Positions 24,864-37,200 of a stretch of 64,000 nt of DNA are shown here, one piece after another (within the stretch, counting starts at the first letter, position 1; every line of letters begins with the position of its first letter). The translations under genes and the position numbers were made by a program. The notes below the pieces were generated by a model. That model was not told the origin of the DNA and did no database searches. It saw only the letters and a program-made list of their open reading frames with translations. This DNA is from Convolutriloba macropyga (Eukaryota): positions 40,734,001 to 40,798,000 of the forward strand of contig NC_134482.1 of the NCBI RefSeq assembly GCF_964194025.1, in the 5' to 3' direction.

Positions 24864-25473
24864 TGTTGGGTTATGGACTTTCGCAAGCGGAATAAAAAGC
24901 GTTTTTAACTAAGTAAAAGAATTAATTTCTCAAAAATTGAGAGAATAACAAAATGATATTTTACAATAGAATTTAGAGATTTACAGGAGAGATCTGATTA
25001 TTAGATCAAGATGGTGATTTGAATTTGGGGATGAAAAAGGACTCAAAAATCAGCTGTACATATACCCCTTATCAGTGTGAAAAAGTCAAGATACAAAACT
25101 AATCTTAGCACCGTGATTTATGGTGGGGGTCGCAAGGGTTACCCAATATGGTTTGCTTGTGCAAATCAGTCGCAAAGGGAACCATAAATGGAATGCATTT
25201 GCACTTTTCTAAGAATTCATTCACACTTCCGGAGATATCATCATCATTTAATACATGCTGGGAAGATTTTACATCACTTAATCTAACTCTAATAATAGTT
25301 ATCTAGATTCCCCAATTTGAACCGAATATTGATTCTCAGCACCATTTCTTGACGATTCATTTATATAATTTCTTTGATCGAAATCATATTGCTTGTCTTT
25401 CTAATCTGGTAAGTCAAATTTTCTTTCTAATTTTCACTAAGTTTAAGACTGTAGTTTGATCGATATTCTAACA
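24864..25473 (-). repeat. 5' LTR (610 bp)
   Basis: tgttggg...tctaaca on the + strand; adjacent to the PBS. Confidence 0.97.
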
Positions 25474-25478
25474 TAGCT

Positions 25479-28400
25479 GCTCTGAAAATATGATCTTTTT
25501 ATCAAGAACAAAAGAACCCCTGAAAAACCGTTAAAAAGATGTAGAGCGGAATTGGTTCAAGCAAGGAACCTTTTGGGACTCAATTGGTGACATTTTGAAA
25601 TGTTTTGATTCTAAAAACTTCATTTTCGACAAGCACAACTCCTTTCCGGTTTCTCTAATAGTCTATAATCAGCTAGAGCAAAATTCCAACCACTCTTAAA
25701 TCTGCAATTTTTTGGAATGGTTTGATTTAAGAACTTTATTAAAAGCCTTCGAAAAGTCAGTGTAAAAAACCATGATTTCCGAATGGGGCTCTTCATCCAG
25801 AGCTTCATGCATGGTTTTGAGAAAAAATTGCATGTTGGTTTCGACATGTCTGCTCATCACAAAACAGTACTGACACTGAGTAAGTTAAAAGCTGAAATCT
25901 TTGTGGACAACTTCGATAATGGATTTTTGAAAAAATTTGCTTCCGATATCTGATAAAGACATTGGTCTTTAGTATTCGACATTTTGTCAATTGTATTTTC
26001 TTTATAAAGGTGATATTGCATAAATTTTCATTTCATTCAATATTTCACGCGTTTGCTCTACGTTTTTAAAATGTTTGTTGAAAGACAAACAAATTTATCT
26101 TGAAGTAGATTGCAAGAAAGCTGGAGGTAGAGCACGTAGTGCACCAGATCGAGTAATATCCAGAGTGAAATTTATCTCACGAAGCTTTTGTTTCGAGACG
26201 CTGGTATTAGTCAATTTGTGTTTTTCAAGCCTGACAGCCTAATTATAATACTAAAATAACCTTTCGGACTGAAAACTGAGTGAAAAATTCATTGAGCACG
26301 GTGACTTTCTCCGGCAGCTCCACAATTGTTTTCTGTTGGTTTTTTGATGTATGGAATAAATTTTTAGCTTTCTTAAGTTTTTGAGATGCATGACGAATGC
26401 ATTAGCGTTAGAGTATAAAATTAGATAGTGTAATACTATTGTACTAGATTATTGCTTTCCAAATAAAAATATAGCGTTGACAATAACAACAACCAGGTGG
26501 CTAGAAAATTGTCGTTCTTTAAGAGTGCCAAACTCCCGTCTGAACGTAGTGAGACGTTACATCGTAGGCCGACAAGAAACTGTAATAATTGCAATTTTCA
26601 CGTCCAGGCCCTCAAAGTCCAAAGCTGAGTCAATTTTTCTGTAGGGATACCTAGAAAAACTCTTTGTTTGCTCTCTTTAGTCTTTTTTCAATGTGCAATG
26701 ATAGGTCTCAAGTTCTGTGAACTCGAATATATTTTATTCCCTCACTTCTTTGGAGCAATGGTCTGCTCATCACAAAACAGCACTGACAATGAGTAAGGTA
26801 AAAATTGGAATATTTGTAGAAAACTTCGTCAAGGATTTTTGAAACAATCTGCTTCCGATATCTGATAAAGACAGTGGTCTGTAATATTCGACGACTTGTC
26901 GATTGTATTTTCTGTATTATGGTGATATTGCATCAATTTTCATTTCATCCAGTATTTCACGCGTTTGCTCTACGTTTTCAAAATGTTTGTTGAAAGACAA
27001 ACATATATCCAGAAATAGATTCATAGAAAGCTGGAGGTATAGCAATTGGTCCACCAGATATTGTAATATCCAGCGTGAACAATATTTCATGAAACTTTCT
27101 TTCAAGACGCTGATAATAGCCAATTTGTATTTTTGAATCCTGACAGCCTAATTATATTACTAAAATAACCTTTCAGACGGAAAACTGAGAGAACAAATCA
27201 TTGAGCACAATGACATTTGCCGGCAGCTCCTACACTTGAGTTTTGATGGCTTTTTGATGTATGGGATAAATTTTGAGCTTTCTTAAGGCTTTTGAGATGC
27301 ATGACGAATGCATTCGAGTTAGAGTATAGAGTTAGATAGTGTTTTAAAATTGCACTAGATTATTGATTGGCATAAAGTTGATATTGACCGGCATAAATAC
27401 CTTTCACTATCAGATTTTGGAAACACAAGAGCGCAAACAACTCGAAATTTCCAGTGCCTCAATTTTCGTCTAAAAAATGCAAGTCCGATTTTTGGATGCG
27501 AGCCCGTAATCTTGCCTATATATTTAACGATTTTTTCAAAAGCAAAATTTTGTTTATAAAAGACTGCAAGAATAAATTTTGGGATCTTTACTTTCTGTAC
27601 TTTTACAATAAATATGACGAGAATATCTCATGTACATGGAAAATTGTTTGCGGATGTACCAAATGCAAAGAAGTGAAAAAACTCATTTTCTCTTAAACTA
27701 CGAATTTGTTAAACTACGAACTTCTCTTAAACTACGAACTTCTCCTAAACTACGAATTTGTTTCGAGACGCTGATATTAGGAAATTTGTGTTTTTCAAGC
27801 CTGACAGCCTAATTATATTACTAAAATAACCTTTCGGACTGAAAACTGAGTGAAAAATTCATTGAGCACGGTGACTTTCTCCGGCAGCTCCACACTTGTT
27901 TTCTGTTGGTTTTTTGATGTATGGGATAAATTTTTAGCTTTTATAAGTCTTTTGAGATGCATGACGAATGCATTAGCGTTAGACTATAGAATTAGATAGC
28001 GTAATAATATTGTACTACATTATTGCTTTCCAAATGAAAATATAGCGTTGACAAAAACAACAACCAGTGGCTAGAAAATTTTTGTTCTTTAAGAGTGCAC
28101 AACTCCCGTCTGAACTTGATGAAACGTTACATCGTAGGCCGACACGAAACTGTAATATCTGCGATCTTCACGTCCAGGTCCCTCAAAGTCCATAGCTGAG
28201 TCAATTTTTCTGTAGGGACACTTAGTAAAACTCTTTGTTTGCTCTCTTTAGTCTTTTTTCAATGTGCAATGATAGGTCACAAGTTCTGTGAGTTCGTATA
28301 TCTTGTATTCCCTCTCTTCTTTGAAGCTAGATAGAGTTAGATAGTGTTTTAAAATTGTGCTAGATTACCGATTGGCATAAAGTTGATATTGACTGGCATA

Positions 28401-31380
28401 AATTCGTCTCGCCATCAGATATTGGAAACAAAAGAGCGCAGACAACTCGAAATTTCCAGTGCCTCAATTTTCGTTTAAAAAAATGCAAGTCAGATTTTTG
28501 GATGCGAGCCCGTAATCTTGCCTATATATTTAACGATTATTTCAAAAGGGAAATTTTGTTTAAAGAAGACTGCAAGAATAAATTTTTGGATCTTTTTTTT
28601 CTGTTTTTCTACAATCAATATGACGAGAACATCTCATGTACATGGAGAATTGTTTGCTGATGTACCAAATGCAAAGAAGTAAAAAACTCAATTTTTCCTA
28701 AACTACGAGCTTAGAACTCCTAAAACTGAGGGTCCCGTGACCCATGATATTTTGCTCTTAAGTCTTTCTTATTATTATTTTTATTATAATTATTTTTATT
28801 GCTTTCTCCATAAAAACATAGCCTTGACAAACTCAGCAACCAGTTGGCCAGAAAAAATTTGTTCCTTAAAGGTGCACAAATCCCGTCTGAACTTAGTGGA
28901 ACGATACATCGTAGGCCGACAAGAAACTGTAAAAAATGCAACCTTCACGTCCAGCCCTCTCAAAGTCCATAGCAGGTTTAATTTTTCTATAGGGACACAT
29001 AGTAAAACACTTTGTCCGCTCTCTTTAGTCTTTTTTCTATTCTATGTGCAATGTTAAGTCTCAAGTTATGTGAACTCGTAAATCTGTTATTCCCTCACAT
29101 CATTTGTCCATCAGTAGTTCAGTCTTGATCCATTGGACCCAAGTTCCAGTGGCAACTAAGCCATTTTGTGTCTCGTAGAAAGGTGGAATTGAAAGGTGGA
29201 ATTTATAGCTCATCTGAAAATGTGATCTTTTTATCAAGAACAAAAGAACCCCTGAAAAACCGTTACAAAGATGTAGAGCGGAAGTGGTTCAAGCAAGGAA
29301 CCTTGTGGGACTCAACTCGTGACATTTCGAAATGTTTTGATTCTAAAAACTTCATTTTCGACAAGCACATCTCCTTTCCGATTTCTCTAATAGTCTATAA
29401 TCAGCTAGAGCATGATTCCAACCACTCGTAAATCTGCAATTTTATGGAATAGTTTGATTTAGGAATTTTGTCAAAAAGCCTTCGAAAAGTCAGTGTAAAA
29501 AACCATGATTTCCGAATGGGGATCTTCATCGAGAGCTTCATGCATGATTTTGAAAAATAACAGCATGTTGGTTTCGACAGGTCTAATCTTCTTAAAAACG
29601 TACTGACACTGTGTATGATAATAGCTGAAATGTTTCTCAAAAATTTGTTAATGGATTTTTTTATTATTTGCTTTCGGTATCTGATAGAGACACTGGTTGC
29701 TAGTTTTCAAGATTTAGTCTATTGTCTTTTCTATGTAACGGTCATTTTAAAGAATTTTTGTTATTTCAGTATTTTGCGCGTTCCCTTTACGTTTTTAAAA
29801 AATCAAAAAAAGACAAACAGATCTATCTGGAAAAAGTTTGAAAGAAAAGTGGATATAAATCATTTAGTCCACCAGATCTCGCAATATCCAACAGAGACAT
29901 TATGTCAGGGATTTATTGTTTTTAGACGCTAAAAATTGTCTATTTTGGCCTTTTTTGTCTTGATAACGTTATTACTGGAATCTTCTAATGGACTGAAGAC
30001 TGAGGGAAAAATTAATTGAGCTGAGATATTTTTTCTCGTAGCTCCGAACTTGAAAAATGCATTAGAGTTAGAGTATAGATTTAGATAGTGTTATAATATT
30101 GCACTAGATTTTAATTTCCCACCTAAAAATATATACAAGTTCAACAACCAGATGGCTAGAAAAAAATGTTCCCTAGGAGTGCACGGATCTCGTCTGAAAT
30201 TAGGTTACATCGTAGGTGGACAAGCATTTGTATTAACAGCGAACTTCACGTCCAGTGCTCTCAAAGTTCATAGCGGAGTAAATTTTTTTATAGAGATAGC
30301 AAATAAAACACTTTGTTTGCTCTCTTTAGTCTTTTTTTAAAGAGCGTTTGCAATGATAGGTCTCAAGTTATGTGAACTCTCAAGTCCTCTATTCACTCAC
30401 TTCTTCGGAGCATTGGTTCCATCAAGATGAAAACAAGATATTCTCGGAAAGTAGGTTTTGCACATTTGTCCATCAGTAGTTCCATCTTGATTCATAGGAC
30501 TCTAGTTTCTGTGGCCTGGCATCTATTACCATTTGTGTTTCGTAGAAACTTCTATTGATAGAGAATTTTCAAGTCATCTGCAAATTCAAACGGTTTAGCA
30601 AGAACAAGAGAGTCTTGAATTTTTTTTACAAAAGTGCAGAAAAGAAGTGGTTCAAGCAATGAACCGTGTGGATCTCAACTCGCCTTCAATGTTTTGGAAC
30701 TAACGAGTTCGACACACACATTTTCTGTCCAACTTTTCAAACAGTCTAGCAGCACATCGAGCTTGCTTCCAACTACTCCTACATGCGAACATTTTTGGAA
30801 AATATTGAATGAAGGAGTTTCCCAAAAGGCTTTTGAGAAGTCAGCATAAAAAACCCTAATTTCCGAATGGATATAATCATCGAGAGCTTCACGCAAGGTT
30901 TCGAGAAATAACAGCATGTTGTTTTTGACAGGTCTGTTCTTCAAAAAACGTACTGATACAGAGTAAAATAATAGCTGAAATGCTCGTCAAAAACATGTTA
31001 TTGGATTCTGAAAGCATTTTGATTTTGATATCTGATAGAGACACTGGTCGATAGTTTTCAAGATTTTGTCGATTGTCTTTTCAGTGTAATGGTGGTCTTG
31101 CAGAATTAATTTTTATTTTATTCGACATTTTACGCCTTTGCTCTACGTTTTTAAAAAATATCTAAAAGTACTTTGAGAGAAAAGGATGTAGACAATTTGG
31201 TCCACCAGATCTCATAATATCCACCATAGACATTATTTCATGTATTTATTGTTTTGAGACGCTAAAATTTGTCCATTTTGGTCTTTTGATCATGATAGCG
31301 TTATTACTGAAATCTTCTTTTGAACTGAAGACTTAGCGGAAAATTAATTGAGCTTAGATAATTATTCTCGTATCTAATCA
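25479..31380. repeat. Continuation of the CR1-derived array: older, more diverged and internally rearranged units
   Basis: Same blocks recur (e.g. ~25850, ~26760, ~27770, ~28330, ~29580). RT origin is visible in ORF 30675-30944: VFYADFSKAF...LLDCL. Confidence 0.9.
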
Positions 31381-34300
31381 GTTAATGTGTGAATTCAGTT
31401 TGCCTCGCCTAATTGTTGTTATTAACCTTTGAATTACTCTCTACGTGCATCCAGGGGTTATTTAGTTCTGTTCCAGCTGGAGTTTTGAGTTAAATTGGTG
31501 CCAGGCATGGTTTTTTGAACAGCCTCACTTCAATGGGATTTTAGATTACGCCAGAAGACTGCAAATCCAAAACAAATTCCTGTCAATTAGAACAACACAT
31601 ATAACGCCACTAATGATTTCTCAGGTGCTCAATGTTAGCAGTATGCTTGCCGCTCTTTGCAAAAAAGTGGGTAGCAGTTCATGCTCATTCTTAATCTTCT
31701 GTTTCCAGTTGTAGCCGCGTCATTTGAAGTACGCATTGTGAAAATAATGCCAACATCACAAAAAGTGAAGTAATATCTTATAGGAAAAGAAATCAATTGC
31801 AAGAATTCATGTTCAAGTGTTGTCAAGCCTAGGGTTACAAAACAGATTGACTTCTCTTGCAGTTTTTTGTTTGGGTTTGGGCTTACTTTCGCTGCGCAGG
31901 AACAAAACAACCATCCAAATGTTCTGGTCGATTATTGACGACAAGACAATAATCGACCAGTACATTTGACGACAAGACAATAATGGACCAGTAATGTTCA
32001 CAAAACAAGATCAAGCATTGCACGGGAATTACGCAGCAAAAAATTTCAGAATATTTTTGAAAAACAGTCTGATTACCAAAAATTTGTACCTTTTAACAAA
32101 CTATTGATCGTGTTAATATAAGAAGGAGCCGGCATATATTAGCCGTCATTTGCCAATTCTGACATTGAGACAAACAATTCTGCAAAATGCGAGAAGCCAA
32201 AGGAAGGCGTATTCTAATAGTTAAGTTTGCAAGATGCTTTGAAAAAGAATGATTTTCCGGAATGTTTGGCAAGTTCAAGACTGTCATCAGGTTATTATAC
32301 AAATATGTGTCTCAGAGGATAAGTAATCAATTGCAAGATTCAAGTTTGGTTGTGTCCAAAACTATAATCGCTAATCAGTTTGACTGTTCTCGCAGTTTTG
32401 TGTTTTGGTGTTGGACTTCCTCCGCGCCACAGGAACAAAGCAACCAAGCAAGCGTACTGGTCAGTTATCAGCAACAAGACAATAAAAACACGATCATGCT
32501 TTGCAGGGGACTTGAGCAGACAACAATTTCAGAAAGATTTTAAGAAATTGAGTCTGATTATCAAAGTATTGTCCTTCTTACCAAAATATTGATCAAGTTG
32601 ATAACAAAAAGAGCTGACAAAAATCAGCTGCCAGTTGTCCGTCAAGTTTTTGAAGCAAACAAATTTGCAAAATGCGAGAAGTCAAAAGAAGGCAGCTTTT
32701 ATTTATTAAGATTTCAAGATACAATAAAGAGAAGTGATTTCTTGGAAAATTTGACAAATTCAAGATCGTCATCAGATTACTACACAAAATATATGGATCT
32801 TGATAAGTTAGAGATTCAAAAATAAAAGCCATAATTTCCGAATGGGGTTCTTCATTGAGAGCTTTAAGCACGCTTCTGAGAAAAGTAGCACGTTGGCTTC
32901 GACAGGTCTGTTCTTTTCAAAATCGTGCTGATACTGAGTAAGAAAATTGCTAAATTGTTTATGGAGAACGTTGTTGATAACACTTTGTCAAAACACTTCT
33001 TCATATCTAATAAAGACACTGTTCTGCAATTTTCACCATTTTGTTGATGGTGTTTTTGTGTATTGGTGATTTCGCAACAGTTTTCTATATGTCAGGTATT
33101 TTACGCGTGCGCTTAATGTTTTTAAAAACTCGTTAGAACACAAGTAGATGTATCCACAAGTATTTCGATAGCACGCTGGAGTTAGACCTTTTGGTCCCCC
33201 AGATCTTATATTTTGCACAAGTGACATTTTTTCACGAACATTTTCATAAGGATGAATTTTAAAAGTTTGTGTTTTTCATTCGTGAGAGCGTTTTTACTAG
33301 GATCGTCATTCGGATTGAAAATTGAGTGAAAAACCCATTGAACGAAGCTAGTTTCTGGTACCTCCGAGCCTGTTTGCTAATGAATTGTTGGCGTTTGAGA
33401 TAGAATTTGGATTTTCTTAGGGCTTCTGAGATGCTTGAAGAATGCTTAGAGTTAAAATAGAGCCATAGATAGTGTTATAGTTTTGCACTTGAGAACGGCT
33501 TCTTCAATAAAAATATAGCGTTGACAAAGTCAACAACCAGGGGGCTAGAAAAAAATGTTTTCTAGGAGTGCATGGATCTCATTTAAAGTTACTGAAACGT
33601 TACTTTGTAGGCAGGCAACGAACTGTAACAACTTTGAGCCTAACGTCCAGCCCTCTCAAAGTTTACAGCGGAACAAACGGATCGTTACCGGGGCTTACTA
33701 TTCTTAATTTTCATAAATGAGTTCCCTAATCGAATAATGCCTTAGTTGGTTTTTGTCTAGCCTAATTGCTGTGATAAATCTCAGAATTAGTCTCCACCTG
33801 CACCCCTGGAAAACCAATTCTGTTCCAGCTGGTGTTCTGAGTTATATTTATGCTAGGTACAAATTTTTTTTGGCCAAACTCACCTTAATGGGATTTTAGA
33901 TTCCTCCAGCAGACACCGAATCCATGGCAAATTTTTGGTCAATTGGAACAACACTTCCAACGCCATTAAAATTTTCTCAGGTGCTCAATGCTTGCAGCAT
34001 GCTGGCCCTTTTTTGGAGACAATTTGGTAGCAGTTTAAGCTCATTCTTGGTTTCCTTGGTGTTTCTTTTTAATCTTCTGTTTCCAGTGGTAGCCTTGTCA
34101 ATTGGAGTGCACAATGTAAAAATAATGACAACATCACACAACTTGGAGTAATGTCTCATAGGAGAAGAAATGAATTGCAAAATTCATGTTCCCGTGTGGT
34201 CAAGCCTAGGGTCGCCAAACAAATTGACTGCTCTTGCAGTTTTGTGTTTGGGTTTAGGTTTACTTTTGCTCCACAGGAACAAAGCGACCATTCAAATGTA

Positions 34301-37200
34301 CTAGTTGATTATTGACGACAAAACAAAAAAAGCAATATCATGCATTGCACGTGAATTTAGCAGCAAAAATTTTCAGAATACTTTTAAAAAAGACTCTGAT
34401 TACCAAAACGTTCTCCCCTTTAACGAATTATTGATCGTGTTGATAACAGAAAGAGCCGGCCGACATTAACCTTCAGTTGTCGATTCTGATTTTGTGGCAA
34501 ACATTTTTGCAAAATAAGAGAAGCAAAGGAAGGCAACTTTTAATAATTACGTTTGCAAGATGCTCTGAAAAGAAGTGATTTACCAGAAAGGTCAGGACTG
34601 TCATCAAGTTATCATAAACAATATGTATCTCATAGGATAACTAATCAATCGCAAGAATCAAGTTTGGTTGTGGCCAATATTATGGTCGCAAAATAGTTTG
34701 ACTGTTCTCGCAAATTTGTGGTTTTGGACTTCCTCCGCGCCACAGGAACAAAACAACCATGCGAGCGTAATGGTCGATTATCAGCAACTGGACAATAAAG
34801 CATGATCATGCTTTGCAGGGGATTTAAGCAGCCAACAGTTTCGGAAAGATTTTAAAAAATTGAATCTGATTATCAAGTTATTGTCCCTCTTACACAATTA
34901 TTGATCGTGTTGAAAACAGAAAGAGGCAACAAAAATCAGCCATCAGTTGCCCATCATAATTTTGAAGCAAACAACTTTGCAAAATGCAAGATACACTTAA
35001 GAGAAGTGATTTCATGGAAAATTTGACAAATTCAAGTTTGTCATCAGATTACTACACAAAATATGTGGATCTTGATGAATGAGAGATTCAAAATTATAAG
35101 CCATAATTTCCGAATGGGGTTCTTCATTGAGAGCTTTAAGCACGCTTCTGAGAAAAATAGCATGTTGGCTTCGACAGGTCTGTTCTTTTCAAAATCGTGC
35201 TGATACTGAGTAAGAAAATTGCTAAATTGTTTATAGAGAACGTTGTTGATAACACTTTGTCAAAGTCAAAGCACTTCTTCATATCTAATAAAGACACTGG
35301 TCTGAAATTTTCACCATTTTGTTGATGGTCTTTTTCTGTGTATTGGTGATCTTGCAACAGTTTTCCATATATCAGGTATTGTACGCGTGCGCTTAATGTT
35401 TTTAAAAACTCGTTAAAAGACAAGTAGTTGTGTCCACAAGTATTTCAATGGCACGCTTGAGGTAGACCATTTGGTCCCCCAGATCTTAAATTTTTCACAA
35501 GTGACATTTTTTCACGAACATTTTCCTGAGGATGAAATTTAAAAGTTTGTGTTTTTCATTCGTGAGAGCGTTTTACTAGAATCTTCATTCGGATGGAAAA
35601 TTGCGTGAAAAATTCATTGAAGGAAGCTAATCTTCGTTAGCTCTGAACTTGTTTACTAATGGCTTTTTGACGTTTGAGGTGGACTTTGAGTTTTGTTAGG
35701 GCTTATGACTTGCTTGAAAAATGCATTAGCGTTAGAATTTAGCCTTAGATGGTGTTATTGCTTTGCTTTGGACAATAGATTCTCCAATAAACATATACCG
35801 TTGACAAAGTCAACAACCAGGTGGCTAGGAAAAAATTTTCCATAGGAGTGCACGGATCTCATCTGAAGTTAATCAAACGTTAACTTGTAGGCAGACAACG
35901 AACTTTAACAAATTCGAGTCTAACGTGCAGCCCTCTCAAAATTTACAGCGGAACAAAAGGATCTTTACCGGGGCTTCTCCTTCTTGATTATTACAAATGA
36001 TTTACCTAATCGAGTAATGTCTTGGTTGAATTCGTGTTGCCTAATTGTTGTGATAAATCTTTGAATTACTCTCAACCTGCACCCCAGGGTGAAATAATTC
36101 TGTTCCAGCTGGAGTACTGAGTTATATTGATGCTAGGCATCATTTTTCTTTGGTCAGTTTCACTTTAATGGAATTTTAGGTTCCGCCAGCAGATTGCAAA
36201 TCCCAGGCAAAATCTTGTCGTCCTTAGCCATTAATATTTTCTCAGGTGCTCAATGCTTGGAGTATGTTTGCCCCTTTTTTTGCAGACAATTTGGTTGCAG
36301 TTTTTGCACATTCTTGATTTCCTTTGTGTTTTTTCTTCTGCTCGTGTTTCCAGTTATAGTGGCGTCAATTGACGCACGCATTGTGAAAACAACGACAACA
36401 TCACGAAATTTAAGAAAAGAAATCAATTGCAATATTCATGCTCTTTTGTGACCAAGTCTGTGGTCGCAACATAGTTTGACTGTTCTCGTGATTTTTTGTT
36501 TGGGTTTTGGGATACTTCCGCGCAACAGGCAAAAGGCAACCATGCTAGCGTACTGGTCAATTATTGTCGACAGGACCAGAAAGCACGACCTTGCATTGCA
36601 CTGGAATTATGCAACGAACAAATTCACCAACATTTATGGAAAATTGAGTCTGATTTCCATATTGTTTTCCCTCTGAAACAACTAACAATGGTGTTGATAA
36701 CAGAAGGAGCCAATGGAATTGCAAAATTCATGCTCTTTTGTGACCAAGTCTGTGGTCGCAACATAGTTTGACTGTTCTCGTGATTTTTTGTTTGGGTTTT
36801 GGGATACTTCCGCGCAACAGGCAAAAGGCAACCATGCTAGCGTACTGGTCAATTATTGTCGACAGGACCAGAAAGCACGACCTTGCATTGCACTGGAATT
36901 ATGCAACGAACAAATTCAGCAACATTTATGGAAAATTGAGTCTGATTTCCATTGTGTTTTCCCTCTGAAACAACTAACAATGGTGTTGATAACAGAAGGA
37001 GCCGATGGAAATCAATCGTAAATGGTTGATCAAGATTTTGAAGCAAACAATTTTTCGAAGTACGAGAGGTCCAAGGAAGGCAGTTTTCAATAATTAAGCT
37101 TGCAAGAATCATTTTAGAGAAGAGATTTCCCGGCGTGCCATCAGAACATCACACAGAAATTATGGAACCCGATAATTTAGAGAGTCAAGCTATTTATTAA
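30857..37200. repeat. Three diverged ~2.0-2.3-kb tandem units mixing minus-strand ORF2 debris and plus-strand ORF1 debris
   Basis: ataatttccgaatggggttcttcattgagagc at ~32830 and ~35103, related block at ~30857; internal ~500-bp sub-duplications. Confidence 0.85.

Larger units (their letters stand above)
19956..25473 (-). mobile_element. Full-length Ty1/copia LTR retrotransposon, half-tRNA primed (Hemivirus-like), inactivated by a few stops and frameshifts
   Basis: Two 610-bp TG...CA LTRs; TSD TAGCT at 19951-19955 and 25474-25478; PBS; PPT; gag-PR-IN-RT-RH order. Confidence 0.98.
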
